Assembly: GCA_000165425.1 (NCBI GenBank)
Contig: CT868060.1
Coordinates: 62,001 to 126,000 of the forward strand
Reading direction: 5' to 3'
Origin: Paramecium tetraurelia
Lineage: Eukaryota
DNA: 64,000 bases
The notes beneath the pieces are model-generated. The model was not told where the DNA came from. It searched no databases and saw only the letters and a list, made by a program, of their open reading frames with translations. Shown here piece after piece: positions 11,191 through 23,667 of this stretch (position 1 is its first letter; each line of letters begins with the position of its first letter). Both the position numbers and the translations under genes were made by a program.

Positions 11191-11819
11191 TATTTATTTT
11201 AATTGATTCTTTTCCTTTGAATGTTTTGAGTTCTCTCGGTCAGTTGTTCGAAGTAAGGACTGTTGTGTTGGTTGTTGTATTTGAATTTCTCAGAGTAGGG
11301 TTTAACCTGAATGGGAGCAAGACGTTTGTTGGATTTGTAACGATCGTATCGTTCCAACAAACCATCATGAGAGAGATCTCTCTCCATGTGATTGACCCAA
11401 CTGAAATCCAGGTTGGGTTTAGATACACTCTGCAGGAGAGGAGGGTATGAGATTATTTACTCTTAGAGTTCTGCAATTTTCTTCTTCAACTCTTCAACTT
11501 ATTATTTTAGTTATACTTCAGCAATTTGAAAAGTCTCATTCAATAGGGATTGTCTTTACACTCTCTCATTCAATTAAGCAATCTAATTATCCTTCTGCTT
11601 GATCTGCTCAGTTAGATTCTGATTCAATTTCTACAACTGCACAATCTCTTCCCTCAACTAAGAGATGATCTCAGAATCTAAATTGATTTAAACGGACTCA
11701 TCCTGCATTTGATTGGATTCCGTCAATCTGCTCACCTATATTTGTTTCTCTTCCACTCCTTCCTATTGTTAAATGATCGATTGATATAAAAATTGAGATT
11801 CAATATCTGATTCTTACAT
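11187..11819 (-). CDS. Hypothetical coiled-coil protein
   Basis: Continuous table-6 ORF MQESDIESQFLYQSIIQQQEG...ISQLREEIVQLQKLNQNLTEQIKQKDNQIAQLNER...QRKRINQNKQ*. Confidence 0.75.
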
Positions 11820-11912
11820 AATTATTTATAAACAAATTTTGTATTTGCCTAAGCAAAATACATTTGTATTTCCTCAACAACAACAACAAATTTATACATT
11901 AAATTAATTAAT

Positions 11913-12619
11913 TCATGGTTGTTCCACACTCTTGTTGCTCTAGATCTCTTCCGAAGCATTCTGCAATGTCGTATAATCCCCCTTCATGGCCATCATATAG
12001 GCAGAAGCTCCAGCATGCATACTTAATTTCTTTATCAATTTCCTCTTCTCCTCAGTCGATTGAGGTTTGCCATCGGTGGACTTGAATGAACTGGATGAGA
12101 TAGGCTAAACGAATTTGTCAATGACTGCCATCGCCTTTTCAGTCTGACTAGTAGATTTTGGGATGATAACTATTTATATCCATCATATATTTATATACCT
12201 GACTGAGTCACTTTATCACTCCTTACAAATTCTTGCTGCTTCTTTGATAATTGATATTGCATCTCGTCATTGCATGCTTACAAATTATTAACCTTGTTTT
12301 CAAGTGCAGCAACTGCTTCTTTCAGTTCCAAAATTATAGTCTCTTTTAATTGCAATTCATCTTAGTATTTTTGGATCAAATCAGTTTCATCAGGCATTGT
12401 TGGAAGATTGCAATTGGCTGCTGATGACACTGAGACCTTGGATTCTGACAATTTGTTATTTGGAGTCTCTGCTTGATGTAATTAGATTATCAAGAACTCT
12501 CTCTTCCTTTTGTAGAAATTGCATCGCTTCTCAAGAAAGCGATTCTTACACAGCAATTTTTCAATCAAGTCTTATTGGTCGACCTCACATTAGACCTCAG
12601 GTATCGGGTTCAAACTCAT
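11913..12619 (-). CDS. Hypothetical coiled-coil protein
   Basis: MSLNPIPEVQCEVDQQDLIEKLLCKNRFLEKRC...IQKYQDELQLKETIILELKEAVAALENKV..., with one 29-nt intron near 12171-12199 and TGA at 11915-11913. Confidence 0.72.
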
Positions 12620-12776
12620 ATACTTTATAAATTTTATTTTGTATTTAATCAATCTCGATCCCTCTAATTTAACCTACCCCCCCTTATTAATTAAAAAGTA
12701 GAATAATTATATTAGAAACTTTATAATAGCAATATATTTATTATTTGAACATAATTATACTATTAATGTAAATCTA

Positions 12777-13344
12777 TCAATAGATACTCTGGCTTTTCAC
12801 CTTGTTAGTCACTTAATCTATCTTTTAATCAATATGCTTATGGTATTTCAAATAAACAGGTTGAACAACCTATAACAATATGAGAACTATCTTACAGTTT
12901 TGTACACCTTCTCTGCTCCATTGAATGATGGATGGAAGAGAAAGACAAACAACGCCAATCTAATCACGTGGTAGAATGGTATGAATTCCAAAACAAATCC
13001 TATGCTCGAATCTGCCAAGGTGAGGAGGGAGAACAATATCCAATACGATAGCCATTGTCTGTCATCTTCTTTGTCTATCATGTTAGTTAATACTGTGTAC
13101 TGTCTGATTCTATTGCTTTAATGCTTCTATAAGCAGGATATATCATGGATACGAAAGTGGCTAGAAAACGTGCTGCAATTCCTAGTACGATGCTGGCCAC
13201 AGAAACAACTGCACAAATAAACACAACGTGAGCTGGACGAACTCCGATTTTTTTGCATGGTCCCTTTAGGATCTCAATCTCATCCATATTATCAAGACCA
13301 CACTTTGTAACTAACGGGTTAAGTTTTTCGAATAAAATGTTCAT
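12777..13344 (-). CDS. TB2/DP1/HVA22 (REEP/Yop1) family ER-shaping protein
   Basis: VSMIYPAYRSIKAIES...DDRQWLSYWILFSLL...LEFIPFYHVIRLALFVFLFHPSFNGAEKVYKTVVQP, with two 26-nt introns. Confidence 0.92.
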
Positions 13345-13459
13345 TATATTAAAAATTTAATTCTTTTCATTCACTTTCTACTGACCATCTCGATATATAT
13401 TGTCATTTATTAATTTCTAAGTCTCCCGTACTCTATCAGATATGAATTGTCTTTAACTA

Positions 13460-14300
13460 TTATGATTAAATCATACCTTTCATCGTTCCTACTTTCAACT
13501 CGTACTCACCTAACTCTGATAATGAGCTTCTAATTCTTAATATTATCTCACACTCTCAGCCAAAGAACTTGAATATTCGACTACACAAATACTTTCTGAT
13601 CTCTCCACTCATTTTATTATAATCTAATATTCTCTTATTCCTTGTATTCATCTACCTCCAAATTGCTAAGAACTGCATCCCTTAATTATTAGCTCATCAA
13701 TTCCAGAATCCCCAAATACAATGTTCTCTAACCCATATTGCCTATATTCTTTAAGCCAACACTTCCACATGCTTACCTTTCCCCAATGTCTTGATCTCCT
13801 CCAACAGGATATCTTTCTCAATCAGACTGTGTCCCTCTTTAACCAAGTCATGCACGTACTCTGTAAATTATCGAATAAACCATCAATTATTTATTGCTAT
13901 TGATTCACACTTTGATCCTTGCATTCTTGCTCTCCACTGATAGTCTCAATTCCTCAAAGTCATTGACCAACCCTTATAATGCAGCTTCCTATCCCCACTA
14001 TTTCTCATTGAAATATTTTTCGTCCTCACAGCCAAGTTTTCTCTGAGCTCTTCTACAAGATCATTCTTCCTTCTAAATTATCATCAATAAGATTACTTTT
14101 CTTCATACTTTTTTTAATATAATTATCATTACAATAACCTTTCTCGTTCATTCTTACTTTAATTATTTATATTTAAATAACAAATCTACAAGACTAGAAA
14201 TCAACATTCCTCGACTGGAATAAAACAATATCAATTACAATCTCATTATATTATGAATTTCTTAATCATTAATATATGTACGATTACAAACAATTAATGA
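13460..14300 (+). pseudogene. Degenerate gene-like tract
   Basis: Coding-like composition and a plausible GTAC..AG intron, but no single frame on either strand stays open (TGA at 13901-13903 and near 13958). No homology is recognisable. Confidence 0.3.
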
Positions 14301-14727
14301 TCATAATAATAGTTGCTATATTAATATATTTGAATTTATATTTTATTCTATTTCATTTTGGAGATTTTCCATCTTATTGTTAATGAAAACTTATTAACAT
14401 CCAAATAGATCTAGTTTTTTTAATGTAGAATCTATAGATTGATATTAATATTCTCAACTCATTCAATTACAATAACTCTTATGGATGATGCATTAAAATG
14501 GAAATCTAGAAATTTTACTTATTATTATTTAAAAAATTCCTAGAATTTAACTAATTTAAAAATAATTAGATTTAAATATTCATTATTTAATATTAATTTA
14601 AGTGAGATTTGCATTTTTAGGCTAATGTTGTGTAAATTAAGGTTTTTGCTTTTACATAGTTTTATATAAAATTCTTTTATTGAATTTAATTTAATTTATT
14701 ATTGCCAAAGAGTTTGTATGACAGAAA

Positions 14728-17636
14728 TATTCGATAAAGTAAAAAGGCCAACAGAGCAACAAATTCAGGTAGCGGATTATTCTTGCGAGTATGTATTGGA
14801 CATGAATTAGATATTGTTTATAATCGGATGTTAATGCAGTGGCACAGTGTTTATAATGCAAAAGATGGTATTGCAATTGTGCGACCAAAAGTGGATCTCA
14901 CATAATCCTTCATTTGATTAAGAGCAAGCACAGTTAAATTAGTTTGCATGAGCAGAACAAGGTGCAAATCACGACGATAGAGTGCTACATTTGCGAGTAG
15001 AAGAACATGTTCACTCTTGGATAAGTTAATGGTATGGATTATTGAACATTCTTGATAGTTAGGGTGGATGAAGAGGAGAACATCTTGATTCTGTGTCGAG
15101 GATGCCTCCCACTGAAACAGTCCGACAAAATTACTTGGGACTCAAATGATTATGAGCCGCTCATCAGGGACAAGTGCATTAAGGAATGGTTGTTGGGACA
15201 AGGAGAAAAATTGAATGTACTCGAATTCACTAATTATTCGTCTAGTCCCGGATGGTTACCTTGGAACGTATAAATCAGTACGAGGAGGAAAGGAAGCAAA
15301 AGCCATAATTAAAATTCGAAGATTTCGATCGAAAGGGTCCAAACCAATAATTGAAAGAGGTGCAATTGAGATACAGAGATGCCAATCACTATTAGCAAGT
15401 ATTTTCTCCGTTGGTGAAATTGGAAGAAGAATAAGACAAGCAAGTTAAGGAAGGTCAGGTGTTGCAGAGTGTGAAGGTGAAATGGGATTTGAGTTTGAAG
15501 AAAAAGAGATTGGCTTACTTCTTGTATGGAGGCAGAGAAGAATTCGACACAAACACTCTTTAAGGAAGTGAAATGCAATTAAGTTTAAAATCTGGAAATT
15601 CCATTTGGCAATCCAAGGGAACTGTGGTTAAAGTTATTAATAATGAGGAAATCTGTTTGGAATTACATCAGAATGATCCCCCTCCCAATAATACAGATGA
15701 GGGTTACACTGTAGAATGCATATGGGTGTCAACTACATTTAAAAGAATGTAAATTGGATTAAAGACTTTCAATTTAAATGAGAGTTCAACTAGCAATTAC
15801 ATTTATAAGATGATTTTGGGTAGAATAGATACTTTGGCTCCTCCAACTAAAGTGGAGAATATTCCACAAAAGTTATCTGCTCCCAACCTCCCAGATTTGA
15901 ATGTTTATTAAGCAGATGCAGTTAAGAAGGCTTTGAAATCTCCCTTGTCATTAATACAAGGACCCCCAGGAACTGGTAAGACTGTCACCAGTGCCACCAT
16001 TGTTCATCAATTAGTAAAGGCATTGGAGAAGCAGAAGTAAAGAGGATAGATTTTGGTTTGTGCACCAAGTAACATTGTCGTTGACTAATTGGCTGAGAAA
16101 ATTAACAAAACTGGAGTGAAGGTTGTCAGACTCTGTAGTAAAACAAGAGAGAGTGTGAGTACGACTATTGAATTTCTGACATTACATAATTAAGTGAGAA
16201 GTTTGGATATCCCATAATATCACCAATTATAGATGTTTTATGAATTGATGGATTAGCAAGGAGAGTTAGATTAAAAGGATGAATAAGTGTTCATAAGAAT
16301 GAGGGATGAGGCAGAGAAGGAAATCATTGAATAGGCTGATGTCATTTGTACTACATGCATAGGGTCAGCTGATAAAAGACTCAAAGACATGAGATTCCCA
16401 TTTGTTTTAATTGATGAAGCAACTTAAGCAATAGAACCAGAGTGTTTATTACCCATGATAAAGGGAGCTCAACATGTGATCTTGGTTGGAGATCATAGGC
16501 AATTGGGTCCAGTGGTGTAAAGTCGAGAAGCAGCTTCAGTAGGTTTGGACAGGAGTTTATTTGAAAGGTTGGTGCAGTTGGGGATAAGACCTGTTAGATT
16601 GTAGGTTTAATATCGTATGCATCCTGAACTAACAGTCTTCCCCTCAAATACATTCTATGAAGGCACACTATAGAACGGAGTCACCATAAGCGATAGGACT
16701 CATTCTGGCAATTTCCCTTGGCCAAACAAGTAGAAACCCATGATATTCATCAATGTGTAAGGACAGGAACAACTGTCAGCCTCAGGCACTTCGTATCTGA
16801 ACACTCAAGAGGCTGTTGCTGTTGAACAAGCAGTTTATTATCTATACTAGAACACAGTCAAATTGAACAAGATCGGAATCATCACTCCTTACAAAGGACA
16901 ACGCACATATATAATTTCCTATCTCCAAAGGAATGGACAACTCCCGTATAATCAATACAGAGACATTGAGGTTGCTTCAGTGGATGGTTTCCAAGGTAGA
17001 GAGAAGGATTTCATTATTATCTCATGTGTCCGTTCAAATGACACTCAAGGCATAGGTTTCTTGACGAATCCTAGGAGATTGAATGTCACAATCACCAGAG
17101 CTAGGTTTGGATTGATAATCATAGGGAATGCGAGAGTATTGTGCAAAGTACATTGATGTAATCTATTGATAGGACAATCTTTGGAACAATATGTTGAATC
17201 ACTTTAAGGATCTGGACTTGTTGATGGAGGGTTCATTGCCCAATCTTAAACCAAGTTCTATGAAATTTAGGCCGCCTTAAAAGTTCATTCCAGAACGACG
17301 TAATAACACTATGAATGGAGCCAATGACGAAAAGAGTGTTTATTCATATGCATAGACAGGTAAACATGTTAAGTCAATTATTCGATAGATAACCTAAATT
17401 AATTTGACCATGATTTGGGTGATTTCCCATTAACCAAGGGAATCAGGAACAGTGAATTTGGATTCAATTTTATACCAGACACTCAAGCTTTCGTCAAGGT
17501 GGCTGATTAGAATGAAATCAGAAAAAACCAAGATTTAAAAGAGATTGATTAAACCAATGTAATTAATGTTGGATAATACCCTTCGTCGATCATGTAAATT
17601 GGAACATTCTAAAATGATTTACAATTGGATGTCTGA
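14728..17636 (+). CDS. UPF1: UPF1-family SF1 RNA helicase (nonsense-mediated decay)
   Basis: N-terminal CH zinc domain (CEYC...CLQCKRWYCN...[12 protein letters not shown]...ECYICEQKNMFTLG), then [60 protein letters not shown] and [11 protein letters not shown]. Five introns of 22-29 nt. Confidence 0.95.
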
Positions 17637-17694
17637 GCAATGGTGACTTGATGTAAGGTTTGAAAGGAATTATATTTTCATATGATATAAATAC

Positions 17695-18738
17695 TCATAA
17701 TTCTTGTCTCTTTGTGAATTTGATGTATCTATTCTATGACTGAATTCCTTAGTTTTTAATAGAGAATTTGAATCTTGATTTAAGAACTTGAAAGGGGTTT
17801 TAATCATAATATAAATAATATCATTTTTTTAAGACTTTGATTTTTTTTTAAGAAGTAATTTGACTTTTCAATTCCATTACTGCTCTTCGAGGAGAACTCA
17901 ATAAATAAACGGAGAATTTGCTTTATTCACGTTTAGAGTTGATAGAGGGTAGTTTGATTTGTTTTGAAGGCTTTGGAGAATTCAATACTCTGATTGTTGT
18001 ACAAGATTAAACAAATTACTGGACAGTCTTATTTATATTTGGATGCATCATTCCTTCAGTAAGTTTTCGACTATGCATGGAGTTATTTTTGATTTTAATT
18101 TTAGGAGTTGTGAATTGTAGTTGCTTATCTTGTAAGTGTTTTTAATGTTATTCGTCGTCTGAACTCGTTTTGGATTCGTTGATTATGTTGTTATAACTAT
18201 TAAGCACGAAGCTGGGAGATTTGGTGAAATTGACAAAGGATATGAGGGCAGCTTCGTAAGTTTGGGAACTCGATGAATTTTCTAAAAAGCCTTTCGATAA
18301 CTGAAGTTCGTTGTTATAGAAAAACTCGTACTTTATTTGCTGATCATCTTTGGTTAAAAGTCTCTTGCCTTTTCTGATTGTTTGCTGTAATTCTTTTGTG
18401 ATGGAAATCGTCTTAGCCTTTCTTAACTTGGGTGCATTCTGGAGGATGATTGTGTTGTTTTCTGACTATCCAACATTCAAACTGGTGGAAGTGAGGTAGG
18501 TGCCTTTTCTCCTTTGCATCCTCCGTTTTCTTTTCTTACAATGATGAGCTCTGATGTAGGTTTGCGGATGTTGAGCATTCTATCTTTCTTGAAAAGGCCC
18601 CACTCCTCCACATTCAGTGCATCTACAACTCTGTCTTCGAAAAGGCTTGTTAGTGATAGACTTGCCCATTTGAGGAGAGAGAAAACTACGTTTCTTATTG
18701 ACCAGCTGTAGCAATTCCTACCTGCGAGATCTATTCAT
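17695..18738 (-). CDS. Basic hypothetical protein with RRQSCxCxxCG motif
   Basis: MNRSRRQELLQLVNKKRSFLSPQMGKSITNKPFRRQSCRCTECGG... continues as a Ser/Lys/Gln-rich frame to a TGA near 17695. Confidence 0.7.
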
Positions 18739-18863
18739 ATTTAATATAAATTTATATTTAGTTCAATTATCATACCAAAAGTGAAAATGAGAATGTTGTT
18801 TTGTTTGTTTTTCAATTCAAATACGAAAAAGATCCGATTACATATTTATAGATATATAAGCAT

Positions 18864-20894
18864 TCAATCCCACAATCGCACTTTCATGTTATCTATCTTG
18901 CTAACTATCGAATCGTTGTCCAGATGTCTCAAGATTTGATTGAATTAATTGGCAGTCTCTGGAATGGTTGCCTCGTCAGATTCAAAATTAAAAAAGGGAA
19001 TGTCTATGAACTGTCTAAAATGAGGGTTCTCACAAACCAACGGATTCTTAATCAACTCATTAAGATATTGAAGCAGCAACCCACTTCTTTGGTTTGGATT
19101 GACATTCTACTGGAGAGCACTGCTCTTCTACGGCAATAGAGGTAGAAATTGGACCCTATTGATGATCAACACAATTGTACCTCTGTTTCAGGATGCTGTG
19201 CAATTCATCAAATTATGAGTATCGCTTAGTAATGACATGATATTGATTAAAGACATTATTATTCACAATTTGGAATTGGTACTTAAAGTATTTGTCTCCA
19301 TTCTAATCCTGAACATCCTCAAATTGCAAGAACTTCACGGTGGATTAAACGACTTACTCCACATCCTTTTGCATTCGTTGATGTTGCTTTTTTAAGAAGA
19401 GTTCCTAAACCATAGTGATACCAACAAACTTGAATAATGGCAAACAATTATGATTACTCCTGTCATTCAATAACACCTTCAAATAGATTTCCAAATCCTT
19501 CTTTCTTTCTTCCACATCCAAATCAGTCAACTTTCCAATACTCTTTTAAGGGAATAAGGAAGAGTATTTAATGCCCTGTTGTTTTAATTGCTCATTCAAC
19601 TCTGAGAACTCTCTGAATCTCTTCTGCGTAACCAGGGTTTCTTAATTGATCTTGATCACTATCCGGTATTGGATGTAGGAATCGCCATGCTGCTTAATTG
19701 TCAGATGTTCTTTGATCTTCACATTCACATACGGAATGTAGGGCTGTTGTAATTCCCATTTCTTGTAAGGGAAATTGGTTTATTGCTGCTTCTTAGTGAA
19801 TGACTATCTGTGGAGTTGTCTGTTTTGTAGTTTGATGTCGTCCAACAATTCTCTTTCTTGTTGAGGCAATTCAATGAAATCCAGGAAAGTAGTGCATATC
19901 AACTCTATTTTGCTCATGATGACATTTAAATATTTTTGGATGTAGGTGATCAATTGTAAATCGGTGCTCTCTGAAATCTACTTGATTAAGAAATTTAATT
20001 CGAGTTAGTCATTATTATGCTACTCAAAATAGGCTGTGCATTCCACCACCAATTTGGAATGCATGTCGAACAACTCCGAGACTCTCTTCTTCAATTTCAT
20101 GCTTTTCTCTTTCTCTGCAAAATGGCTACACTATACTATACTCAATTTACATATTCAATTTTATTTCTATATCATTATCCACAATATTCCACATCTTTTT
20201 TAGTTCCACAGAAAAAAATTGGGTTTGAAGATCTACTTATTAACATTTAAATTGTACTATTTAAGGTCGAAATTCTCAGCTTCTGCTCCTATGAAGAAAC
20301 ATCGATATCTGGCAATTCACTATTGAAAAACCCTAAATCTTCAAATTCTACCAAGTCTTGTTTTCTGATAAAGAGTGTGTATATCAAAAGAATGGATATT
20401 ATGAGTAATCTGCAGGATATTAAAATCACATCCAAAAAGTAACCTTCAGAATAAATGATCAAGGCTGCTATGATTAAAAGAACAATCCAATTAACAATCC
20501 AATAAAGCTTATGGACAAAAAATAAAGGTACTCGCTTCTTATACTCGAAGATCTAAATTTGCAAGGTTTTTGTACCATGAGGAATATTTAAAGGATTAAA
20601 GCAATCATGTTGACGAAGAGGATTATCAAAATGTAGTGTTGATATTCTTCACAATTCATGCAGAGAAATATAAATGCACACTAAGTACTTTAAATGCCTA
20701 GACTACTTATTAATATGGGAATGTATACCTATGTCACAAATCAATAGACTCACACGAAATTTCAGAGAACAATTCAAGTTTATTTCATCAGCCACAATGT
20801 CCGACTTTAATTGGCAATAACGACAAATCATCAGTATAACATATATTATGGAAACCGAGGAGGGAACAATAAATGAATATGCAAATAATTACAT
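18864..20894 (-). CDS. Multi-pass membrane protein with three PX-like domains
   Basis: About five N-terminal hydrophobic segments (e.g. FEYKKRVPLFFVHKLYWIVNWIVLLIIAALIIY) are followed by PX signatures KKRVSELFDMHSKL, QKRFREFSELNEQL...LFPQKSIG...VEERKKDLEIYL and TKRYSQFDELHSIL...LPLLPQKS...QRSGLLLQYL...HFRQFI. About five small introns. Confidence 0.8.
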
Positions 20895-21756
20895 AATTAA
20901 ATTAATAAACACAAATTTAATTGACAACATCAAGTAATCCCACCTCAAGTACAAATCTATCACTTTCATAAAATATTAATGATGAATCTACTTATAATTT
21001 AGATGTAATCACATATCCATATCCTCGAATAATAATAAGTAAAGGTTGAGGTGCAAAGAGAATTAAGAATAAGTACAATCCAATAATAATCTATGCTGGA
21101 TGATCTTTAATATAACTATGTCAATATTAAAAGGAAGGAAGAATGAAATTAAATAAGAAGAAAGAGAAGAGATATAAATCTATATGATTTGAATTAATAA
21201 AAATAAACTAACTCATCTAACAAAATATTTTTTAGGAACATTTAGAAAGAGCTTTCATTAACTATTTATGTCTCAGATAGGGATATATCAATAGATGTAT
21301 GAAAACTTCTTGCATTCCAATTCATTAATTAAATATTAAGATTATTTACTACTGTTTTACCTTATTAACAAAAATAATTTAGAGTTATACTTATAACTTA
21401 GTAATTAAAATGGAAGAAATGAATTTCATTTATTTTTTATTTCCAAACATAGTTAAAAACTAAGTACCTTGTCATAGTATTATCAATAATAAGGGAAATA
21501 CCTTAATTAAACAATTATAAATATTAAACTCTTTCCGATACCAAAGGAGTACGAATAATCGACATTTCACAATTCTTTTTTTGAGAGTGAGAATTTTATT
21601 TACTAATTCTTATCATCACACAGAGCAAATCTAGATGAATACAGGGAAATACATAATGAATTATTTAAATTATTTATATGACTAAAATTCTATTCTAATT
21701 GATTTGAGATTATTAAGTTGAATTGGCTTAAGAAGTCATTTAATAAAAATATTAAA

Positions 21757-22773
21757 ATGACAGATTTATTCGTTAATTTTCCTTAAATTTATTGCAGTAG
21801 GCATCCTAGTTATCAATTAAATATGGTTTGCAGACATCCAAATTGCATTAATAAGGGTGCAATATGTTGTAGATGCTAGTTAAAATATCATTGCGATAAT
21901 GGTCATACATTGGAATCATTTGTTCCATTAGATGAAGTGTTAATATTGTGTCAGACATAAAATCCAAAGGCTGAATATTTCGAGGATTTAAGTGTCGATG
22001 GAATGTTGGAAGTTCAGCAATTGCAATCTACACTTTCAAATATCAACAATTCAATTTAGGAATAATTGAAGAGGGAATTATTGATCTTGGGATAGTACTA
22101 AAAGCCATTCAAAGACATCTATGGCATCATATCCCATTACTCATAAATTGATGGGGATACCTCAAGAACTGATGACGGAACTTAGGGAGGGATGAAGTCT
22201 GATTTCATGGCCATTATGCAATACATAGCAGATAGGATAATAGTTGTTGATGGGGAATTTGCAATTGATTAATCAGACATGAATAATTGTTTAACATAGA
22301 TCATCGAAAGAAAGAGGAAGAACTTGAGCATTTTGCAAAAACTAAACAAAAAGTCATAGAAATAGGCCAGAATAATCTCAGCTCTATTTTAAACAGGGTG
22401 TTCCTTTGGATTGGATTAACACATTCCCATTTCACAGTTTAATTAGTGGGTGCAAGTTTACAATGCCTAATATTTTGAATATACTAGTTACTAAGACATT
22501 GCATAATTGGCGATCCCTCAGAATAGTTTAATAATGGTTGGCATCTTGAGAGAGAAATACTTGGAGTTTTGTGCAATAGACCGATATAAGGCAGTTTTCA
22601 AAGGGAAAGCTAATTCCTATTCAAAATTAAAGTGGACTTTAAATTAGGTCAGTTTTGGATGTGAATGTCTGAAATGGAATTTAAATGAACAACTATTGGA
22701 TCATTAAATTGATTAAAAAGAATACTTGTATCACTTAAATGATAGAAGGGTAATATATTATTTAGAAATCTGA
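21757..22773 (+). CDS. Hypothetical protein with N-terminal B-box-like zinc finger
   Basis: Intronless 338-aa ORF with YCSRHPSYQLNMVCRHPNCINKGAICCRCQLKYHCDNGH followed by a helical region. Confidence 0.75.
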
Positions 22774-22793
22774 TTTATAATATATATTTAATT

Positions 22794-23633
22794 TCAAAAC
22801 CATTTATTAAGCCATTATTTGAATTTTAGAAAAAATGCAACAAATATGTTAGTTTTAATAGGCGAGGATTGTTGTGAAGAGTCACTTTTTTTTTGTTGTT
22901 TTTTCTTATTTTTTAGATGGTCTTCTTGATTGTCAAGCATTTTAGAAAAGTCCTCCATGTCTTTACCAATCTAATTATAAGAGGAGAAGATTACTTATTC
23001 TTTTAAGTCCCACCAAATTTAGAATTTGTCATTTTTATTTTTGCTTAGATGCAACCACAATTTGGATTCAATTTTGGTGATATTCAAAACCATGGTGCCA
23101 ACACTTTCCACTTGCCAACCTATGGTCTTGTCAACTTGATTAAGGAGGGGAATCTCTAAGTAGAATTTAGTCAAGATGTTATTCTAATCGGATTCTGCAG
23201 AAATCTACAGATTTTGATTGAGGTATTGGATTTGGTGATTCTTAACACTAATGTAAGCAGGAGCATCGATTCTATGTGCAAATTTGACCTTGATCAAAAT
23301 ATTGGCTCTGGATTGTGCCCATAGGATAATGGGTTTGATGAGTACATGATTTTCATGATTGGTGAATCTCTTTTTGAGTGATTCCAATTGTAATAAATCA
23401 TTTTGAATGGATTGTTTTGCACATTGCAAATGAGACTCCAGAATGATTGAATCAGTTGTTATTAAATCGAGGATCTGTTGTCCAAATCCTCTGGTGATTA
23501 GCAATTGGATAGTTTGGCAATCCAATTAATTTTCATCTATCATTTGAAGCAGCTATTCTTTGAGGCCTTCTCCATTTAATGATAATTGCGCTATTTATGA
23601 TTATATAATTGTGAATAGAGTAAAAATAATCAT
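22794..23633 (-). CDS. CS-domain (p23/HSP20-like) protein with signal peptide
   Basis: Signal MIIFTLFTIIQS, p23-like IKPIILWAQSRANILIKVKFAHRIDAP...FYLEIPLLNQV...LNITKIESKLWLHL...QIWWD, and an amphipathic C-terminus. Confidence 0.78.
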
Positions 23634-23667
23634 TAAACAAAATAATTATTCCAATATTTACTTATAT

